A stretch of DNA of 57,612 nt, counting the filler, from Sphacelaria rigidula (taxonomy: Eukaryota): assembly GCA_964200075.2 (NCBI GenBank). It is 8 parts of 8 records of this genome, joined end to end, with 100 filler letters (N's around TTAATTAATTAA, not from the genome) between each part and the next. Parts side by side here need not be neighbours in the genome. Positions count along the whole stretch, not along the records: positions 21,645 to 28,758 come from CAXNAA020016418.1; positions 28,859 to 35,972 come from CAXNAA020016419.1; positions 36,073 to 43,186 come from CAXNAA020016420.1; 5 more parts are not named here. One strand, 5' to 3'. Positions within the stretch are counted from its first letter, which is position 1, and the number at the start of each line of letters is the position of its first letter. Position numbers and translations under genes: made by a program. This document shows positions 24,516-36,710 of the stretch, one piece after another. Under the pieces are notes generated by a model. The model did not search any database and was not told the origin of the DNA. It saw nothing but the letters and a program-made list of their open reading frames with translations.

Positions 24516-25533
24516 GATGACCTAAACATGTACCTCCCATAGATCAACGCATCCAAAAGGGATACAAAGTACCGCTGAGTGGAAACACGAAGCATGAGCA
24601 GCACTGCAGACCGGCAGAATGGATTACCCCAGACTCGAGTAGTGACTCGAGCGGGGACGGTTCATCTGCGCCTTCACCGGATCAAGTATTGTAGCATGGC
24701 ATCGACGTTGATGGTATGTGGACTCACAGCTTACAGCGCGTCGTCTCTTATAATCCGGTGGGTTGTGGAACAATGTTGTACTTTTGCGATTTCGTGGCTG
24801 GTGTCAGGGTCAAGCTAGGCTCTTCCGCCACCAACGGGCGATTGTCGCATCATCGATCGTTCGTTCACGCAACGGGTACAGTACTGGTCGTCACGCATAG
24901 AGAGCTAGGGACAGAACAGTAATAGCGGAGAGACTCGGTAACCATTTCCGGGGAGAAGGGGGTGTGGTCGTTTGTGGCGTCCGTGAACGGCAAATGAGCG
25001 GGAAAAGAGCCGAAGGTATGGGCGCCATAGTTGGAGCTGGCGCATAGACTCCCTTGCGCGCTATGTGCCGCATCATGTACAGCGTAGAGAGCAATGGCTT
25101 AGCACAGGTACGTTCTCGGCCGATTGGTGGCCCAGATAAGGTACGATTGAAAAATATTTCGCAGACTGGGTATCATACCTGGGCGAAATTTGGCCCACGA
25201 AAGGTAAGCGATTTTTGAAGGCGACACGTCCGTTTTGGCGTCGCCATGTCTCTCGAGTAACATGTTTTTTCCCGCGTTTTTTTCAAGGCCCGGGTACCAA
25301 TGCCCCCCCCAGATGACGTGCGTGAAACATTCGGAGCGAAAGCGGTCAAAATGACGTCTTTGGCTGTTTTCGCGTTACTGGCCATTTTTCGTACCTTTCT
25401 TGGGCACAAAACGAGAAGGTATACCTTTTCTAGGCCATTGCTTCTTGTACTATCAGGCATGCATCCACTCCGGGTTAGGTTGCTAGTGTCAGTGCAGTAC
25501 CGTGAGGTCTTGCATACTGTGTCCCCACCAAAA

Positions 25534-25680
25534 CAGCAGTATCGTATTTTGTCGAGTATCAGTATCGAGTATCGATACGTATCGGGCCATTTTCCGCGTA
25601 TCGAAAAAATATCGGTATAGACATCTTGAGGTCGATACGTTGAAAATATCGTACCGAACTTTTTTTCCGTTCACTGCTGT
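25534..25680. repeat. Small TATCG-rich MITE-like element
   Basis: acagcagt...actgctgt inverted ends; dense tatcg/cgata motifs. Confidence 0.45.
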
Positions 25681-26811
25681 CAGTAATACTCGATTGAATA
25701 TGGAGCATCACTTGAGTACGATTAGCAACCGTGACCGTCGGAAACTTCGTGACGTCACTTCATACACCATGTTGAATACATGCATAGGCGAACGATCGCC
25801 ATCAATGAGATGAGTGGCATTACGTCACGGGCTACAATGAGTATGAGCGAATGATGGTCATCAACTCACAAAAAAAACGTGGAGGTGAACGAATCTACCT
25901 GCCCCAGCTCACCTGCTCCCACCCATGGCAGTACATACTTGATACCGAGGAAGTGAAACGGTGATTGCACGGCATGAGGGCGAGGGGCGAGACAGCAGCC
26001 GAGCTGTGTAGGGATGCGATCCAATCTCATGGAACGTTTTTTGTGAAAAACAGATGTGTCTTGTTCGGCATCCGGTCAGATCAGGAGTGTAGTTGCACTT
26101 GTACAGGTCATTTCGATTCCGTCCTTTTTTGTTCGTGCTCGATATATTGTGATACTGAATTTTGTTCTGTGGTGCTGTCATCATCATGTGCCTCCTGACC
26201 GTTTCGTTGTCAGCTGTTTCCCCTTCTTCCTACTTGCAGGCGAAACTATTTTTTCCAAACCGCGCTGACGGGGACCTTTCGACGTGTTCCACGACACGTT
26301 GTCTTATAGCATGATAAGAGGCCCGTTGACCCTTACAGCAGTAGACCTAATGAGCAATGCTACGATGGGGGTTGCATTTTTTGTCTCTGGGTCTCGTTCC
26401 CGCAAGAGCCCAAATATCTGGGCTTACTGTGCAACCCAAATCTCCGGGACACGACTCGGAGATGGACACAGGGGCCTTTTCGTGAATCGGTATCATTTTC
26501 AGTCTTTTTCGAGTGAAAATGATGCCGGTTCTCAATATGATCCGTGCAACACCCCGAGAAACATTTTCGATCAAAAAGCGCAACCCTACCGTAGCATCAC
26601 TCTGATGAAAAGTTCGTACACAATGGTTGACAGGGATGACTACTCGATTTTAGAGTTGATACAATTCTGAAAAAAAATGACTTAGGGCAAGTGAGCGGTG
26701 GACCCAGCTCGTCCAGAACGTGTTTTCGTCGAAATCGGAGCCTGCCGCGACGATTCGAAGTCTACCAACGCACACTTTGCTCAGGGGAAGCTATGCACCT
26801 TCCTCGCCCGA

Positions 26812-28012
26812 GGACCTCGGTGGCCGCATTGCCCACAACCGCCAAGTGCGCACCAAGTCGAAGCAGCGGCAATTCAGTCGACAGCAGCTGCAGACCGAAA
26901 TGGCAAGGTGGCACGTGACCGAGAGGTTCCTACATAACCTCGCCGAGCAAAAATACTAACCAATCACCATCGCACCGGCGGCCGTGAAGGTGTTTACCGA
27001 AGCTATCCTCGAAGCAGCGCAGACAGTTCTCCCGGAAGAGGCACGGGTACCACGTATACCGGAATGGTGTGAAAACCCCGGCACGAGAGCAACAGTGGAA
27101 GCAGCGCTCGCCAAACGAGGGGAGGCACGCCAACTGATGGAGCATCACCGGACCCCAGCATCGTGGGAAGCACTCAGAGCGGCGTGTAAGAACGTGCGGA
27201 GAGCACTCGATGACGGCATCTTTGCACATCTGGAGAGGTATGTGGCAAGGCCAGAAGTTATCTACAAGGATCGCGACATGAGGGGCCTGTACAAACACCT
27301 CGAGAAAACGGTGGGTCTTGGTGGAAGGCAATCCGGGGGGCAGCAGGTCATAAAGAACGACAACGGCGTCCTACTGAGGAACAAACATGCCATCCTTAAA
27401 CGGTGGGCGAGATTTTCCCGCACCCTGCTCAACCCCAAATCGCCCACGCTAAACCCAGCCATCATCGAGGAGGTGAAGCAGCGACCGGCAGCGTCAACTA
27501 CCGGGGATTCAGTACCGCTTGGGGCAGTACCAACTCTAGAGGAAACCAGACGAGCAGTCTGGGGGATGCACAACTAGAAAGCACCAGGACACGACTTCAT
27601 TCCTGTGGAGCTACTCAAGATCGACGGCCGCGCCGAGCCCGTCGTTCTCGAACGCTTCCAAACCATTATCGTCGAGGTGTGGAACGGAGGGGAGGTCCCG
27701 CAGGAGTGGAAAGATGCAACCAAAAAGGTGCTGTACAAGAATTTGGACCGGTCCAACAGCAATAATTACAGTGGGAACTCTCTGGTATCGCACGCAGGGA
27801 AAGTGCTCCTGAAGATAGTGGCCGACCGCCTCAGCGAGTAGTGCGAAACGCACGGGATATTACCGGAGGAACAGCGCGGCTTCCGACCTGACCGATCCCT
27901 TGTCGACATGCTGTTCGTAGTGCGCCAACTCCAGGAGCTTGGACGGCGGCGGAGAATACCGCTGAACATGTGCTTCGTCGACCTCCAGAAGGCATATAAC
28001 TCGGTCGACGGA
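26812..28012 (+). mobile_element. Non-LTR retrotransposon (RTE-like LINE) ORF2 fragment: post-endonuclease linker and RT up to motif A
   Basis: One frame with three stops (26957, 27575, 27839): [73 protein letters not shown]. Confidence 0.92.
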
Positions 28013-28758
28013 GAACTAGCCTCAGGATTCCAACAGATCGAGATCGCAGAAAAAGACCGCCACAAGACGCCGTTCAGAGATGCGGACGGCCTACTCTTCG
28101 AGTTCACCAAGGCGGGTTTCGGACTGACAGTACTCCCGGCAGCATTTACTCGTAGGGTAAAATCAACGATAGACAACCTGACCGGTGTACACAGCTGGCT
28201 AGATGACATCCTCATAGCCAGCCCCACGTGGAATGAGCACTTGGCACTACTAACCATAATCTTGCAACGATTGTCGACTGCAGGGTTTTCGGTTAACTTT
28301 GCCAAGTGCAGCTTTGCAGCACCGTCTCGGGAATTTCTTGGCATGTTGCTCGATAGCACAGGGATACAACCGGCCCCGTCCAAACTTACCGCAGTCGCTA
28401 AGATGCCGCGTCCACGCACTGTTGAGGAACTCCGTTCGTTTCTCGGACTCACCGGGTATCTCAGACAATTGGCGAGAAGTACAGCATAATAGCCGCCCCG
28501 TTGACCAACATTCTTCGCAACAAAGAATTTTCCTCCCGTCGTGCACGGAAGTTGTCCATCCCGTGGGGTGATGACCAGGAAACAGCATTCCAGACACTCA
28601 AGTCTTCCCTCACATCACCAACGATCCTCGCTTTCCCCGACATGAATATCACGTTCGAATTGCAGATCAACGCCAGCACAGTGGGTGCGGGGACCACCCT
28701 CCTTCAGCCAGTGGGAAACGACACCCGCATCATAGCATTCGCGAGTCAACGGTATTCA
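28013..28758 (+). mobile_element. Ty3/gypsy LTR-retrotransposon pol fragment (RT core, thumb, start of RNase H)
   Basis: LASGFQQIEI...DRHKTPF, FGL...PAAF, WLDDILI (28196), KCSF, FLG, ELRSFLGLTGY; frameshift near 28470; then APLT...W...QETAFQ.LK..LTSPTILAFPD, NAS.VGAG..L.Q, IAFAS. Confidence 0.93.
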
Positions 28759-28858
28759 NNNNNNNNNNNNNNNNNNNNNNNNNNNNNNNNNNNNNNNNNN
28801 NNTTAATTAATTAANNNNNNNNNNNNNNNNNNNNNNNNNNNNNNNNNNNNNNNNNNNN

Positions 28859-28966
28859 GGATACCCCTTGGACCAGCGGTCAATTTTCTTCTCCCTTTTG
28901 GGCAATCAGGACGAAGAAATCGTGAATTTGGTGATTTTGAGTCGTGATAATTTGTCCTAACCGTGC
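28859..28966 (-). mobile_element. CACGG-TIR (hAT-like) MITE cut by the contig start
   Basis: Ends ...ttgtcctaaccgtg; reverse complement of 21087-21200. Confidence 0.7.
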
Positions 28967-29427
28967 AAAAATCCATGGGAGAACATGATTTGTTTTTCGT
29001 CAAACTTTCACCCGAACCCTGACCCTGACCCTAACCACAACCGGAGGCATACCGTGAACCTTCGAGCAAGGATGGTTGGTGTGATCTCTCGGGCACAGGG
29101 TGCGTTGGCAGAAGTCATATCAGCATCGTATGCGCTAATTCGAATCAAGACGCGCGTCCTGCACACGTTGTTCGGGCGCCCGGGACTGTCAGCCTTCCAA
29201 AAGATCCGAGTACGATGGTGTGCACGTGTGCACTGATACGGAATATCTTTTTTAACCATGGACTTTTGTCGTCGAGTTGGCGTTCCCATTTACCGCTTCA
29301 TCAACCCCACTCCGCCCCGCCCCGCCCACGAGACTCTGATGTGGGATCATGCTCTGTTGTGTCTATTATACTACTCTCGCTCGTACCCACCTGCCCCTTG
29401 TCCCGTCATGGCATGCTTGATGTTTTG

Positions 29428-29649
29428 CACGGGTTGGACGAATTACTGATTCATACCGTACGACTCAATCCTTCAGCTGTGTTTTCAGCGTTGCAGCCCA
29501 GGTCGCGCGGCCGAGGCACGTGGAAAAGCGCAAAAATTGCGTGGAGACCGTTTCGACCAGCGGTCAACTTGTTCCTCTCTTTCGAGCAAGCACGCCTGTA
29601 AAATCGTAGATTTAGTGATTCGAACCGGCGATGATTCGTCCGAACCGTG
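29428..29649 (-). mobile_element. hAT-like MITE, 16-bp TIRs, perfect 8-bp TSD ATGTTTTG
   Basis: CACGGGTTGGACGAAT...ATTCGTCCGAACCGTG, flanked by ATGTTTTG at 29420-29427 and 29650-29657. Confidence 0.9.
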
Positions 29650-29867
29650 ATGTTTTGGCAATTGTTCACCTCTGGTTGGGATATCGTGCGGGTCCCGTAG
29701 CAGTGCGGTCTCGATCACTGATCACGAGGTCGATCCCCCTTCCTCGTCTGAAGTAATTGCACTATACCAGTGTAGTGCAGGATACCGGTATAATGCGGTC
29801 ATTTCGGGCTGATGACCCAATGCACCATAGCGTGCTGGGGATTCAGAAGGTGTAGGAGTAATATATA

Positions 29868-30015
29868 CACGATGGAAAGAGATTATTTCGCGAGTAAGCT
29901 AAGTTTGACTCACCAGTCGACGAGGGAGAGGTTCTCCTGTGTGACATTCCTCCTGTGTGACCCTGACTAATACACCTACATACCCCGAAGGTGTAGTGTC
30001 CAGAATAAATGGGAC
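29868..30015 (+). repeat. Headless, internally deleted copy of the 36073 SINE-like subfamily
   Basis: tggaaagag...gtcgacgag core and ctcctgtgtgaccctg...acataccccgaagg...gtccagaataaatgg tail align with 36168-36400. Confidence 0.55.
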
Positions 30016-30330
30016 CAAATGTACCCAAAGCACACACATACAGGAGACAGAAGAAGCCGACGGTAGCTGAATTATTGAGCGAATAACTGGTCGGTGTGTT
30101 GACTCATGAATTAAAACATGTTTTTTCCCCATCATTGTTGGTTGTTTGCTTATTTCTGACTATTTCGCCACTCATTTTTTTTTTTTACTTTATCGAAGTT
30201 TTTGGTTCTGGTTTTGTTCAGTGCATGTTCCTCGTTCCCCCACTCATTCATCCACAGAACGTACGAATAAATAATGTGTTGGTTTAATTTATTTTTTCGT
30301 TTTGATCTATATTTTTGTTGTATATTTAAG

Positions 30331-30520
30331 GTTGGGTGGAAGTTGCGGGTGTCCATTCTGGCCGACGCGGCGCGGGCGCTTGAGTTTTTGCACCGCAAGA
30401 GCCTCATCCATCGAGATATCAAGAGCCCCAACATTCTGCTGGACTCTCAGCATCGATGTAAAATCGCCGACTTTGGTATGGCCAGGCAGCTGGGCACCGA
30501 TATGACCGTCGTTGGCACAG
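30331..30520 (+). CDS. Protein kinase (TKL group, LISK-like), exon with subdomains VI-VIII
   Basis: AG/GT-bounded 190-nt exon: VGWKLRVSILADAARALEFLHRKSLIHRDIKSPNILLD...KIADFGMARQLGTDMTVVGT; phase-1 end. Confidence 0.95.
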
Positions 30521-30524
30521 GTGC

Positions 30525-30533
30525 GTCTCTGCC

Positions 30534-30568
<35 letters not shown>

Positions 30569-30646
30569 GAGATTGGCATCATCGATGTTACCAGCATGTG
30601 CCCAATTTTCCATGTCTCTGTCTCTGTCTCTGTCTCTGTCTCTCTC
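30525..30646. repeat. (TCTG)n and (TCTCTG)n microsatellites
   Basis: Seen directly at the start of the intron. Confidence 0.9.
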
Positions 30647-30730
30647 ATCGACACGGTTGCGGTGGACTATTTATATTTAATATCTAAGGCGCAGGCGGTT
30701 GAAGCCACGTTGAAGTCCTGTATAGATTTC

Positions 30731-31085
30731 CAAGGATGTGTTCTGTAGGGTAGACTATTTTTGTTCACCAGGGCTATTTACCCGTAGGCGACAGTTCTGT
30801 GAGTTTCGTATGCCTCTTATACCGGTCCCCGACAGTTCTGTAAGTTATGTAAGCCTCTCGTACCGGTCCCCGACAGTTTTTGTGAGTTCTGTAGGAAATG
30901 TTTACCCTTACCCGGGGTACGGGTATACCTTTGTAGAAATACCCGGTTGTAGGTAAGGGTTTCTGCACAACCCCATACCGTATGCGACAGGTTCTGTAAG
31001 GTCTGTAGGACTTTCACACCGGTAACCGACAGTTCTGTGCGTCCTGTAAGAAATATCATACCCTACAGAACATATCCGTACCCTG
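30731..31085. mobile_element. MITE with TIRs and ~41-bp internal repeats (accggtccccgacagttctgt)
   Basis: ggatgtgttctgtagggta / taccctacagaacatatcc inverted termini. Confidence 0.75.
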
Positions 31086-31364
31086 ATGAATTAGGTCTTG
31101 GAAAATTCAGTTCCACTGTGTAGTACTACTACTGACCACTTGAATCCTTCCGTACGCTTTTCTGGTGTTCGTGGAAACTTTGCGTTGAAGGATAGAAAAA
31201 TCAAGTCGCATGTGATCTTCGCTTACACGCAAGTCACTTTCTTAGCATGAGGGGGTCACATGGTCGACGCATCACTATTCTTAAGTGAAGAGACTCTGCG
31301 CTGGCAGCTCCCATCCTCCCTGTGTAGACGAAGAATCTTGCAGATCATGTTCTTGATTCCGTTA

Positions 31365-31680
31365 TTTTTTTTTCGTCGCACTTTGAAGCCCCCCCCCCTC
31401 CTCGGGACGAGTCCGTGGTCTCAAGGGATCAACCCATCTCTCCCCGGAACACGCCTTGCATTTTGGTCTCGCGGATTGGGTCATGACTATCAGCACTCCC
31501 GCACCGCGTCAACTCTCGTCGACCAAACTCAGTCAACTACTTTTTGTTTACTCACGTACTCACGCTTTCGACGGTGGAGATCAAATGCTTGGACAAAAAA
31601 TCTAGCGCATCGGGAATCGAACCCACCTTCACTTCACCCCAATTGTGACAGTCGGGGTATTATACCACCTAGGCGCGGCG
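31365..31680 (-). mobile_element. tRNA-headed SINE-like element (subfamily 1)
   Basis: Minus strand: A-box-like TGGTATAATAC, B-box GGTTCGATTCCC, T6, body, A-tail; collinear with 39948-40252. Confidence 0.8.
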
Positions 31681-31754
31681 ATATAATGTCGTTTGTGTAA
31701 GCAGTAGCCGGCTTTTGTTGTCGTGCTGAACAGGTGTGGAACATAACATATATT

Positions 31755-31960
31755 CAAGGATGTGTTGAGTAGGGTATTTCCCCACATTTTTGAGTATTTT
31801 GAACAACTGTACCGTTGAGTACCCGAAATTTGGGTTCATGTGTATTTCAATTGTACCCAAGTAAGCCCAATATGTGGGTGGAGTTTAGAAATCGGACCAT
31901 TGCAGCACAAACTTCTGGACGGTAAGTACCCTGGTATTTATCCTACTCAATACGCTCTTG
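31755..31960. mobile_element. hAT-like MITE with near-perfect 8-bp TSD
   Basis: caaggatgtgttgagtagggta / tatcctactcaatacgctcttg termini; flanks CATATATT and CATATCTT. Confidence 0.65.
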
Positions 31961-32713
31961 CATATCTTCTGTTGTTTCACGCACCAAATATTCGTCAGCG
32001 TTATTTACCTGCGAAGTGACGTAGAGGCGGCGAGCAGGCAATACGGGTATGATGGGATACAAGCGGTTGGTCGCCCCTCCGTAGTGAGGATTCAGGTAGT
32101 AAGACGCTGGGGGAGCGAGCTACGGCGGGAGGGTCCTACTTCTCGCCAGCAAGCAACGAGCGACTTCCACCACGTTGAATCCAATAGCAGCCAGGAATGC
32201 TTCACACCCTGGATAGTGTATGTGGTCAATAGCTGCAATAAGCCCATACTTTACGCAGTGCCATTTTTTTCTACTGCATCTATTTGGTAATATATATATA
32301 TAGATATAGATATATATTGTTGAGGGTGTGGAATGCTTGCAATCGATCTTTATCTCAACGCTAGATGTTTTGTTCATCATATCGAAGAGAAAACTCGCCT
32401 GAAAATGTATGTATTTTGTATAAAATTTTGTTCAATATAGTGAAACAAAAAATCGCGGGGACATTAATGTGCTCCCCCTGGCTTCAAGCCAACCTGGGGC
32501 TTGTATCGGGTAGCCGATAGTGAAACCAGGTCATAATACACTGATTCTATTATAATAAGTGGACGTAATTATTGTAGGTTGATGTTGAAAATAATCGAGG
32601 CAAAGACATATCTCTCCGTATTTCCCACTCACCCCCCCATCTCCTTCTCTATCTTGTTCACTTGGTCTTCCTCTAATGATGTTTTTGATTGTATCGTCGT
32701 GGTCTCCACGCAG

Positions 32714-32817
32714 ATGCGTATATGGCGCCGGAGTTAATGTTCGATAATCCGTACGGAACGTCGGCTGACATGTTCAGCTTCGGCATCGTGTTGTGGGAGT
32801 CTATCTACAGGCAGAAG
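32714..32817 (+). CDS. Protein kinase exon (APE motif, subdomain IX)
   Basis: cag|...|gtgag, 104 nt, phase-compatible with the previous exon: (D)AYMAPELMFDNPYGTSADMFSFGIVLWESIYRQK. Confidence 0.95.
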
Positions 32818-33679
32818 GTGAGAACGTAAGACAGAGGCTGCGTCAAGAAATGCCGTGCGTGAGTTCGATTGAGAAAGATGCCATGTTGCCATGCCATGTT
32901 TACTTCTGGAGGATGGCTCTTGACAGCACACAGTACAGCGTAGTACTTTCACGTGCGCGGAAAAAAGCGTACATGGTGACATTTTTTTTGTCGCACGAGT
33001 CTTGATCATCATGCACAACTGTTCACTTTGTCGTCATAATTTTTGCCCTCCCTCCCCCCGACCTACGCATGGTAGTTTTATCATTAGAGCATTGGATGAT
33101 GACCGTTCCCGCAGCCCGTCCTATTTCATGATTTTTCCCCGTTGAAGCCCAGTCCTAATGCTGTCGACGACGGAACCCATTGAAATGGAACCTGTTACGA
33201 TTACAACACACTGCTGCCTCTACTATAATATTATCACTCTACTTACATTTCTACTGACACTAATATGATCACGGATGTTATATCTACCGGTTGGACGACT
33301 ACTTGGTATCCTCCCGCCCCCCTTTCAGGAAGGAAAGCGTGAAATATAAAACCAAGTCCACTGGTCGATCTATTCCCCATGGCACGAGAGGGGGTAGGTC
33401 TGCGTTGCAGTCTTTGCTTCTTATTAAATTATCTCATGTTATCTTCTTTCATCTTCTCTTCACCGTGATTTTTTTTCCATATCTCATTCATCATCTTTCA
33501 CCTTGTTTTTCCCAGGGGTCTACACGTGACACATTCACGTTCACGTTACGTTCATCACGTCCGAATGTAACGTTTCATTCTGTGCATGTCGCGGCTCATT
33601 CACCAGTGTTTGAGGCGTTATGCAACGTGTCGTGTAACGCGTTATGTTACTGTGTACGTGACGCTGACGGTGACCCGTC

Positions 33680-34956
33680 GGCTACTTCTCATGTATAAAG
33701 AAACTATATGAAAAAACGCGTTTTCTGATAAATGACCAAAAACCCACTTCTTATATGATCAGAAAACGCGTTTTTTATAGAGCCTCTTCTGATAACATTT
33801 TCCGATAGCCCAAAGCTATCAGAAAATCAGGATTTTCTGATAGCTTTGGGCTATCGAAACTTTTGTTGAAAACGCGTTTGACATCCCGCCGCACGCCAAC
33901 ACACCCTCTAGCCCACGACAGCAGCCATGGTCGCTTGGCTGCCATCACCACTGCCGTCACTGGTGCTCGCGGGCAATCAGCATGTTGCTTCATTGTCCTT
34001 CGCTCGCCAGTATCATCGCGGCCCTTTACCCATGAGAACAGCACAGGGCAGAGGCGATGACGAGTGCTGCACAAACACTCTGTATGTAGTTTGCACAGAC
34101 AGTATTGTAGCTCGCAGTTCAGGTCTGTGCACGCAGCATGTTGTGACCAGCAGTCGCAATGCAGTACAGACTGCCCACGCACCCAAGACTTGTGGAGATA
34201 GGGCCGCACTGACTGTTCACACGAGACCACAGTATAAGCACTGCTATTGCTGTAGTGTCTACAGGGCTTGGGTGCTTGGGCAATCTGTACTGTATCCGAG
34301 TGCTGTTTGCGACACGCTGCTTGCACAGACCTGAACTGAGCTACAATACTGTGCAAACTACATACAGAGTGTCTGTACAGCACTCGTCATGGACCCTGCC
34401 CTTGTTCTGTTCCCATGGGGGTAGGGGCCATAACGCTACTGGTGGGCGAAGCACAGTAAAGCGACACGCTGACTACCCGCGAGCACCAGCGACAGCAGTG
34501 GTGATGGCAGCCAAGCCATCTCTACAGCCAATGCATACAAAACAGTACTGTTGTGTGTACTTTTGTGTGTGCTGTTCTTTCAGTCAAGTACTACCGCGCA
34601 GTGAAAAAGCACAACCGTCACTTGTACGGCCAGTTAGTACAGCAAGGCGGCGTTCGTATTGATCGTCTTGCGTCACGCAGCCCACCATGTTTTACTCAGG
34701 CAATGTATCACAGTAGTACAGACAGTCAATACAGACCGTACACCACAACACGACAGCAGAGTGCTGCGTCTCTCTCGCGCGCCCCATAATTTGAAATCAT
34801 GCCTGCACACCTCACAGAAAACGTGGAACACTGCGTTTCCAATTTCGACAATGCGTCGATCACTTGAGAAGGGCTACTTTGAAAAATTATGTGGAAAACC
34901 GCGCTGTTGAAAAAGGGCTTTTCTGACAACGTGTTTTTCATACAGGAGAAGTAGCC
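33680..34956. mobile_element. Nested TIR element (GGCTACTTCTC termini; possibly PIF/Harbinger-like)
   Basis: ggctacttctcatgtat / atacaggagaagtagcc; aaaacgcgttttctgat subterminal motifs; no clear TSD. Confidence 0.65.
33933..34516. mobile_element. Innermost foldback element, ~265-bp arms
   Basis: gcttggctgccatcaccactg...cacccaag pairs with cttgggtg...cagtggtgatggcagccaagc. Confidence 0.85.
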
Positions 34957-35699
34957 TTGAATGTGGTCGAGATGACTATGATGTTATGATGTAGTGCTGC
35001 AACGATAACTTGGAATGTGAGGTGTAGTGGGGAGAGCGCGAAATTGCCCGACAGTACCATACGTTCACCATGATCATTCAATTTCACTCGTGCTATCAAG
35101 TACAATCTTCCGGGATTTAAAAATTCATCGCAAACTTGAAGTTTCACCACTTCATGTAACGTGTTCATGACGTCTCATGTAACGTGTAACGTCTAATGCA
35201 CGTGTACCGTGTAGCGTGTAATAGACGTTACACGTTACATGAAACGTTTCATATTACGTGATTTTTACGTCTGGGCAATTTAACGTTCACGTTACGTTAC
35301 GTATGTCTCGTTAAAAAATTCAACGTTACGTTCACGTTACGTTTATCACGTAAAAAAATTAACGTTCACGTTACGTTTCGGCCAAAACGTAACGTAAACG
35401 TGACTTGTAACGTGTAGACCCCTGTTTTTTTCTTCCCCTCGAGGGTACTGATGATGTCATGTATATTTTTCATTTTTCATCAATTTCTGTATCATAATAT
35501 GCAATTTTTTATTCAAGTGAATGAAATACAAATTATTCCGACCATATATATATTTCCCAATATGTACCAAACATTGTGTGCCTCTTTTATTATCCACCCC
35601 CTGTACATTCGTCGATCCGTCCGGCGGTCTGGCTCAACGTCTGTTTGTCGATGTGCCCTCTCGTGTGGGGTTGGGGGGTGGGTGGTTAATCAAAACCAG

Positions 35700-35828
35700 G
35701 CCGGGGCCGACGAGTTCATGGAGAGGCGTATGTCCGAAAATTTTGAACTGGACGTACAGGGTCTCCAGGACGATGCACCGTCCGACACTAACCCATCGTT
35801 GGTGGCGTTAGCGAGGGAGCTCATTGAG
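35700..35828 (+). CDS. Protein kinase exon (subdomain X to start of XI)
   Basis: cag|...|gtgag, 129 nt, phase 0: AGADEFMERRMSENFELDVQGLQDDAPSDTNPSLVALARELIE. Confidence 0.85.
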
Positions 35829-36072
35829 GTGAGAAGTCAGTCCCTGCCGGGCAACACAACAGAGCTTTTAGTATAAAGAGACGCCACGCACGGGGGTATA
35901 GTATCTGAGTATATGGGACCTCTCTTCGATTTTGTTGCTTTTATTTTTATTGTTCAGGAAATGGGGGGGGGGNNNNNNNNNNNNNNNNNNNNNNNNNNNN
36001 NNNNNNNNNNNNNNNNTTAATTAATTAANNNNNNNNNNNNNNNNNNNNNNNNNNNNNNNNNNNNNNNNNNNN

Positions 36073-36400
36073 GTGGCTCAGTTGGTAACCTCGAAACCTT
36101 CTGACGGTTGGGTCGTAGGGTCGAATATCGGAGCGATCTGGGATTTTTTCTCAAACAATGCTCAACAGTGGAGAGCGACTATGTCGTGGGTACACAAAAA
36201 TCGACTTCATGGTCGACGAGAGGAAGGGACTGCTGAACCCCTCTCGCAATAAAACATAAAGGCAATCACCGCAGAAAGAAGGTGGAGAACTAAAAAAAAC
36301 AAAAGAAAAAAATCCTGTGTTGGCCTTTCTCCTGTGTGATCCCGGCTGGTGCGCCCACATATACCGAAAGCTGTAAACCAGCGTCCAGGATAGATGGAAC
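36073..36400 (+). mobile_element. tRNA-headed SINE-like element (subfamily 2), 5' end cut by the contig start
   Basis: A-box TGGCTCAGTTGG, degenerate B-box GGGTCGAATATC, T6 at 36144-36149, core similar to subfamily 1. Confidence 0.65.
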
Positions 36401-36710
36401 AACACATCATCATTGGCCTCGCATTCCTACACCGCCGGAACGGAGCACACCGAATTTTCGCCGGGCCACGCTCTACGGAGGAGGGGGGAGTACAAACCTT
36501 CGGTGCGTATACATATTGAAACTTTGTAGATGGAAGACCGATGTCACAAGAGTAACGACATCAAGTCCTGTCTTGCTAATGACATTTAAGCGGCATTTAT
36601 TTCGTATCTCAATTCGAGACTCCGAACATCCAGTATCAACGTGCTGAACAAACAAAAACGAGATTGATCTCATCATTAGGAAAGCTGAATGCACGCTTTC
36701 ACAGCATCAC

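Larger units (their letters stand above)
33513..35424. mobile_element. hAT-like non-autonomous element with ACGTTA-rich subterminal arrays (outer element of a nest)
   Basis: Perfect 15-bp TIR CAGGGGTCTACACGT / ACGTGTAGACCCCTG; flanks GTTTTTCC and TTTTTTTC. Confidence 0.8.

Noticed and set aside
29010-29036. Telomere-like CCCTAA/CCCTGA run
   Set aside because: Only about four degenerate internal units; not a telomere
29805-29850. Hammerhead ribozyme (CTGATGA followed by a stem)
   Set aside because: No GAAA after the putative stem II and no stem I/III; other CTGATGA sites checked also fail
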